The position numbers were made by a program, and so were the translations under genes. The notes beneath the pieces are model-generated. The model was not told the DNA's origin, made no database searches, and worked only from the letters and a program-made list of their open reading frames with translations. From positions 128,001-192,000 of the forward strand of contig JBALDB010000001.1 of assembly GCA_036918135.1 (NCBI GenBank): a DNA stretch of 64,000 nucleotides, given 5' to 3'. This document shows positions 60,110-64,000 of the stretch, one piece after another (the stretch's first letter is position 1; every line of letters starts with the position of its first letter). The stretch is from Nostoc sp. (GTDB taxonomy: Bacteria > Cyanobacteriota > Cyanobacteriia > Cyanobacteriales > Nostocaceae).

Positions 60110-61390
60110 GTGTTTAACCGCAGTCGCCGTAACTTAGCTCGTTGGTTTACCCTTTCAATGGGGTGCATTCTCATTCTATTTGCGGGAGTCATTTATAATC
60201 TTGAAGTAAAAGACAAGCTCAAAGCATTAGATCAACTGCTTTATAAAAGAGCAGAGCTAATGGCAGCCAGTTCGCAGTATCGGCTGTATCAAGGACAAAA
60301 ACAAGTCGATTTGAGCAATATACCGCTATTGGGTAGTGGTTCTCACCCCGCTGATATTGAACTGATCTACGTTCGCTGGTATGAACCCAATGGCAACCTC
60401 AAACGGTTTTTTGGTACTCCACCTCCAGAACAGTTAAAAACAGTATCTGGGTTTCTCACTATTAAATCTGTTGACCAATTAACAGGTAAGGCGGTTCGGC
60501 TTCGTCAAGTCACGCTACCTGTTCAAGGAGGAAATTCGGTCATCGGCTATCTTCAAGTTGCGATTCCGCTGACAGAGACTCAAAACGATCTCAGACAATT
60601 TCAGTTAATATTGACGCTGGCTGTGCCTGTAGCACTGGGGTTTATTGGACTTACAGGTTGGGTGCTTGGTGGCATAGCTATGCAGCCCGTTCAGTCAGCC
60701 TATAATCAGTTGCAACGCTTTACTTCAGATGCTTCTCATGAATTGCGATCGCCCCTTTCGGCGATATTGACCAATGCCCAAGTTGGGTTACTAATAGCAG
60801 CAGACGATCCCCAAATCCATCCCTCAATGCAGAACATCATTGATAGCGCCAAGTCGATGAGTACCTTGGTTAATAACCTACTGCTGTTGGCTCGCCATCA
60901 GGGACAATTAACTCCACAATCGCTCAAAAAAGTAAATCTTAATAGCTTGCTGGAGGATTTAGCCGTTCACTATACTACTGTTGCTGCAAAAGCATCGATC
61001 CAGTTGATCGGTCATTTACCAGAACCACCTTTTTATTTATGGGCTGACCCCGATTTGCTGCTGCAAGCTGTTGAAAATTTGCTCGATAACGCTTGCAAAT
61101 ACACTCCGTCAGGTGGAACTGTTTGGTTACGCTTAGAACCTCACTCAGATCGGGCAGTGATTCAGGTCATCGATACCGGGATTGGAATTCCAGAGGCAGA
61201 TTTACCTTACGTTTTCGATCGCTTTTACCGAGTTGAGACAGAACGAGCAAGAGAAAGCGGTGGATTTGGTTTAGGATTAGCGATCGCTCAACAAATTGTC
61301 CAGGCTCACGGTGGTCATATTCAGGTGATGAGCCATGAAGGTAAAGGCTCGACGTTCCAAATAAAATTACCGCCGTTCAGACATTCTTAA
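60110..61390 (+). CDS. Membrane sensor histidine kinase
   Basis: Two TMs, [27 protein letters not shown]. Confidence 0.94.
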   Translation: MFNRSRRNLARWFTLSMGCILILFAGVIYNLEVKDKLKALDQLLYKRAELMAASSQYRLYQGQKQVDLSNIPLLGSGSHPADIELIYVRWYEPNGNLKRFFGTPPPEQLKTVSGFLTIKSVDQLTGKAVRLRQVTLPVQGGNSVIGYLQVAIPLTETQNDLRQFQLILTLAVPVALGFIGLTGWVLGGIAMQPVQSAYNQLQRFTSDASHELRSPLSAILTNAQVGLLIAADDPQIHPSMQNIIDSAKSMSTLVNNLLLLARHQGQLTPQSLKKVNLNSLLEDLAVHYTTVAAKASIQLIGHLPEPPFYLWADPDLLLQAVENLLDNACKYTPSGGTVWLRLEPHSDRAVIQVIDTGIGIPEADLPYVFDRFYRVETERARESGGFGLGLAIAQQIVQAHGGHIQVMSHEGKGSTFQIKLPPFRHS

Positions 61391-61673
61391 ATCAGCTTTC
61401 AGAGATTGACCTTTCATAATGAAAATCTAAAGCAAAGCTAGCCAATATAAAAGTTACTGTTAGTGAATTCAACTAGAGCATCTCAAAAAGGGGTTGTGAG
61501 GACTGCAACGCCGAATATCACTCAAGCGTACTGCTATATAACTGTTTAGATTGTACTTTTTGAATTTTTACTTAGTGAGTAGTAATGATTTGACAAAGTT
61601 TCAGTAATGTTACTGTTGCCAGAGAAGATTCATCGTAGAATTAAAGACACTTTAGAACAGATATTCTCCAAAA

Positions 61674-62774
61674 ATGAATCGCTTTTCTCCAAAAATTACG
61701 AATTCTTACGATAGCACTTCACAACATATAGAGCTAAGCCAAGGGTCTGGTTGCAAGCAACTACTCCGCGATCGCTATAAAATACTCCAAGTTTTGGGTA
61801 GAGGTGGTTTTGGGATTACATTTTTAGCTAAAAATACGCTATTACCAGGGAATACCCTGTGTGTCATTAAACAGCTATTACCAAAAGTGACTAGTCACCA
61901 AAGTTGGCAAAAGGCATGTATGCGCTTTGAAAAAGAAGCAAAAACCTTGGCTCTACTTGGTAGTCATCCTCAAATTCCCATGTTACTAGACTACTTTCAA
62001 GTGAATAAGGAGTTTTACTTAGTTCAAGAATACGTAAAAGGTTCGACTTTGGCACGCGAAGTACGACAAACTGGAACTAAAAGTGAAGCCTCAGTTAAAC
62101 AGTTTTTACAGGAATTCTTGCCAGTATTACGGTATCTTCATCAACATCATGTAATTCATCGAGATATTAAGCCCCAAAATTTATTGCGGTGCGAAGATGA
62201 CAAACGGGTAGTACTAATTGATTTCGGTGCAGTGAAAGAACAATTAATTGATACTAGTGAAAACTCAATTAATTTATCTAGAAATACCAGTTTTGTTGGA
62301 ACTATGGGATTTGCACCACCAGAACAGTTTTCTTTACGTCCAGTTTATGCAAGTGATATTTATGCACTCGGTGTAACTTGTATTTATATGTTGACTGGCA
62401 AAAGTCCTTTAGAATTTGACCAAGACCCAAGTAGTGGCGAGATTTGTTGGCAAAAAGAGGTAAATATCAGCGATAATTTTGCCCAGATTTTAGAAAAAAT
62501 GGTGAAATTTTCTTTACACGAGCGTTTTCAAACTGCGGATGAAGTAATGAAAGCTTTGGGTAAGGAAAATTATTTGCCTAGCTTGGCAAACTGCCTAACT
62601 AATCAAAAATTGCAAAAGAAAAGTATTAAACATTACGAAATTCCAGAACCTGAAATTACATATCACCAAGTTAACCATCCGCAAATTACACAACAAGAAA
62701 ATTCTGATGTGTATTTGCCACCTGTGGTCAGAACTGCTACTGCAATTCGTAAATTGAGAGCAAGACTAAAATAG
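61674..62774 (+). CDS. Ser/Thr protein kinase
   Basis: GRGGFG, HRDIKPQN, DFG, GFAPPEQ, SDIYALG. Confidence 0.94.
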   Translation: MNRFSPKITNSYDSTSQHIELSQGSGCKQLLRDRYKILQVLGRGGFGITFLAKNTLLPGNTLCVIKQLLPKVTSHQSWQKACMRFEKEAKTLALLGSHPQIPMLLDYFQVNKEFYLVQEYVKGSTLAREVRQTGTKSEASVKQFLQEFLPVLRYLHQHHVIHRDIKPQNLLRCEDDKRVVLIDFGAVKEQLIDTSENSINLSRNTSFVGTMGFAPPEQFSLRPVYASDIYALGVTCIYMLTGKSPLEFDQDPSSGEICWQKEVNISDNFAQILEKMVKFSLHERFQTADEVMKALGKENYLPSLANCLTNQKLQKKSIKHYEIPEPEITYHQVNHPQITQQENSDVYLPPVVRTATAIRKLRARLK

Positions 62775-63538
62775 ATAAGGCAACTTCAAGAAATAAATTA
62801 TCTCGCTAGAAGTTGTTGATGACTGATGACTGATGAGTGTGAATAGGGGACACAATTGAGTCAAGCAAGTATCAAATGAATAATTAATTATGGAAAAGAG
62901 GAAATATCAAAAACAAATTTAGTAAGAATTTTGACTATGTTTGAGAGTCAGTAATGATTAATTAATCTGGATTATTGTTTAATACTTAGTCATTGATTGA
63001 TTGTAAATATACAAGAAAAACTACTAAAGCAAATACTTCTAAAAAAATTATTATTCAGATTATTATATAATCGAAAGAATAATTAATTCTATGGCTCTCG
63101 TAGTTTTCCACGAATGAGGAAGACTGACTAAGCTAAAGCGCAGAAAAATAGCATATCTTTTCGTGAAGATTGTCATTGAGCATGGGTCATGGGGTAGTGG
63201 GCATTGGTTATTCACAAATAACAAATGACAAAGCGCCAAGTATGAGCGGAGGTTTTTTCAGAGCAGACGCTACTTGCTACCCTTCTCCTAACAAAGACGC
63301 ATTCGCGTTCGGGAAGGTCTGCCTCTGCTTTGTCAAAAAGGACAAATGACAAGTTCATGAGTAAATATACTATTTAAATGCGTCACAGCTTACTATTTAC
63401 AAACGCTACCTATATTAAGTAATTCCCGAATCCCCAAAGCAGGGTTTTTCTACCACAAGTAAGCGAGAGTCAATTCTTTTAAGGGTAAATACGGGGCAAA
63501 CTTAGCTTAAGTTGTCATGCAGTCGCGCCTGTCAGATC

Positions 63539-64000
63539 ATGATCTGCTGCTTAAATCCCGATTGCCCGAATCCCCTGAATCCGAATGGAAAGAAGTTTTG
63601 CCAAAGTTGTGGCATCCCACTGGTGTCACTTTTGAGAAATCGCTTTCGTGTTATCCGAGTCCTTTCAGATGAAGGGGGATTTGGCAGAACTTATCTATCA
63701 GAAGATATAGATAAACTCAATGAACGCTGTGTCATCAAGCAATTAGCTCCAAAATTCCAAGGAACTTGGTCGCAAAAAAAGGCGATGGAGTTGTTTGCTC
63801 AAGAAGCGCAGCGACTACAAGAACTCGGAGAACATCCCCAAATTCCGACTTTGTTGGCTTATTTTGAGCAAGACGGCTGTTTGTATTTAGTGCAGCAGTT
63901 TATTAATGGAGAGAATTTATTAAAGGAGTTGCAACAGCGCAAAAAGACCTATAGCGCTTGGGAAATTCAAGCTATTTTGCTGGATTTACTGCCTGTAGTC
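63539..64000 (+). CDS. Ser/Thr protein kinase with N-terminal 4-Cys Zn-ribbon (partial, runs off the window)
   Basis: Manual translation MICCLNPDCPNPLNPNGKKFCQSCG..EGGFGRTY..CVIKQL..HPQIP; absent from the ORF track because it has no stop in the window. Confidence 0.9.
   Translation, partial: MICCLNPDCPNPLNPNGKKFCQSCGIPLVSLLRNRFRVIRVLSDEGGFGRTYLSEDIDKLNERCVIKQLAPKFQGTWSQKKAMELFAQEAQRLQELGEHPQIPTLLAYFEQDGCLYLVQQFINGENLLKELQQRKKTYSAWEIQAILLDLLPVV

Overview
64 kb of a filamentous cyanobacterial chromosome, most likely Nostocales (inferred from frequent HIP1 GCGATCGC octamers, heptamer STRR arrays, SDR-type repeats and the gene set). Housekeeping genes include thrC, murF, lepA, an iscS-like gene, bcp, nfuA, GH57 and GT4. 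The main discovery candidate is a co-oriented 11-gene, 16 kb carbohydrate-redox cluster (16005-32066). It encodes a GMC flavoprotein with a predicted [3Fe-4S] site, a ferritin-like protein, a dehydrogenase small subunit, a pentapeptide protein, a secreted IolE-like dehydratase, a SnoaL protein, a ketose 3-epimerase-like TIM barrel, a copper radical oxidase, a DyP peroxidase, GH133 and GH63. It has no cytochrome c, transporter, kinase or regulator. Other notable loci: a second threonine-synthase-like gene with a MoaD/ThiS sulfur carrier behind an IscR/Rrf2-like operator between tandem promoters; an RTX protein with hypervariable Tyr-rich loops; a single-domain photolyase-like protein; an unannotated two-gene TA-like cassette between direct repeats; a 21-bp tandem array; and an ion-homeostasis block with OmpR-type boxes. 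No rRNA, tRNA, CRISPR array or intact transposase was recognised. All calls come from reading motifs by eye; no searches were run.
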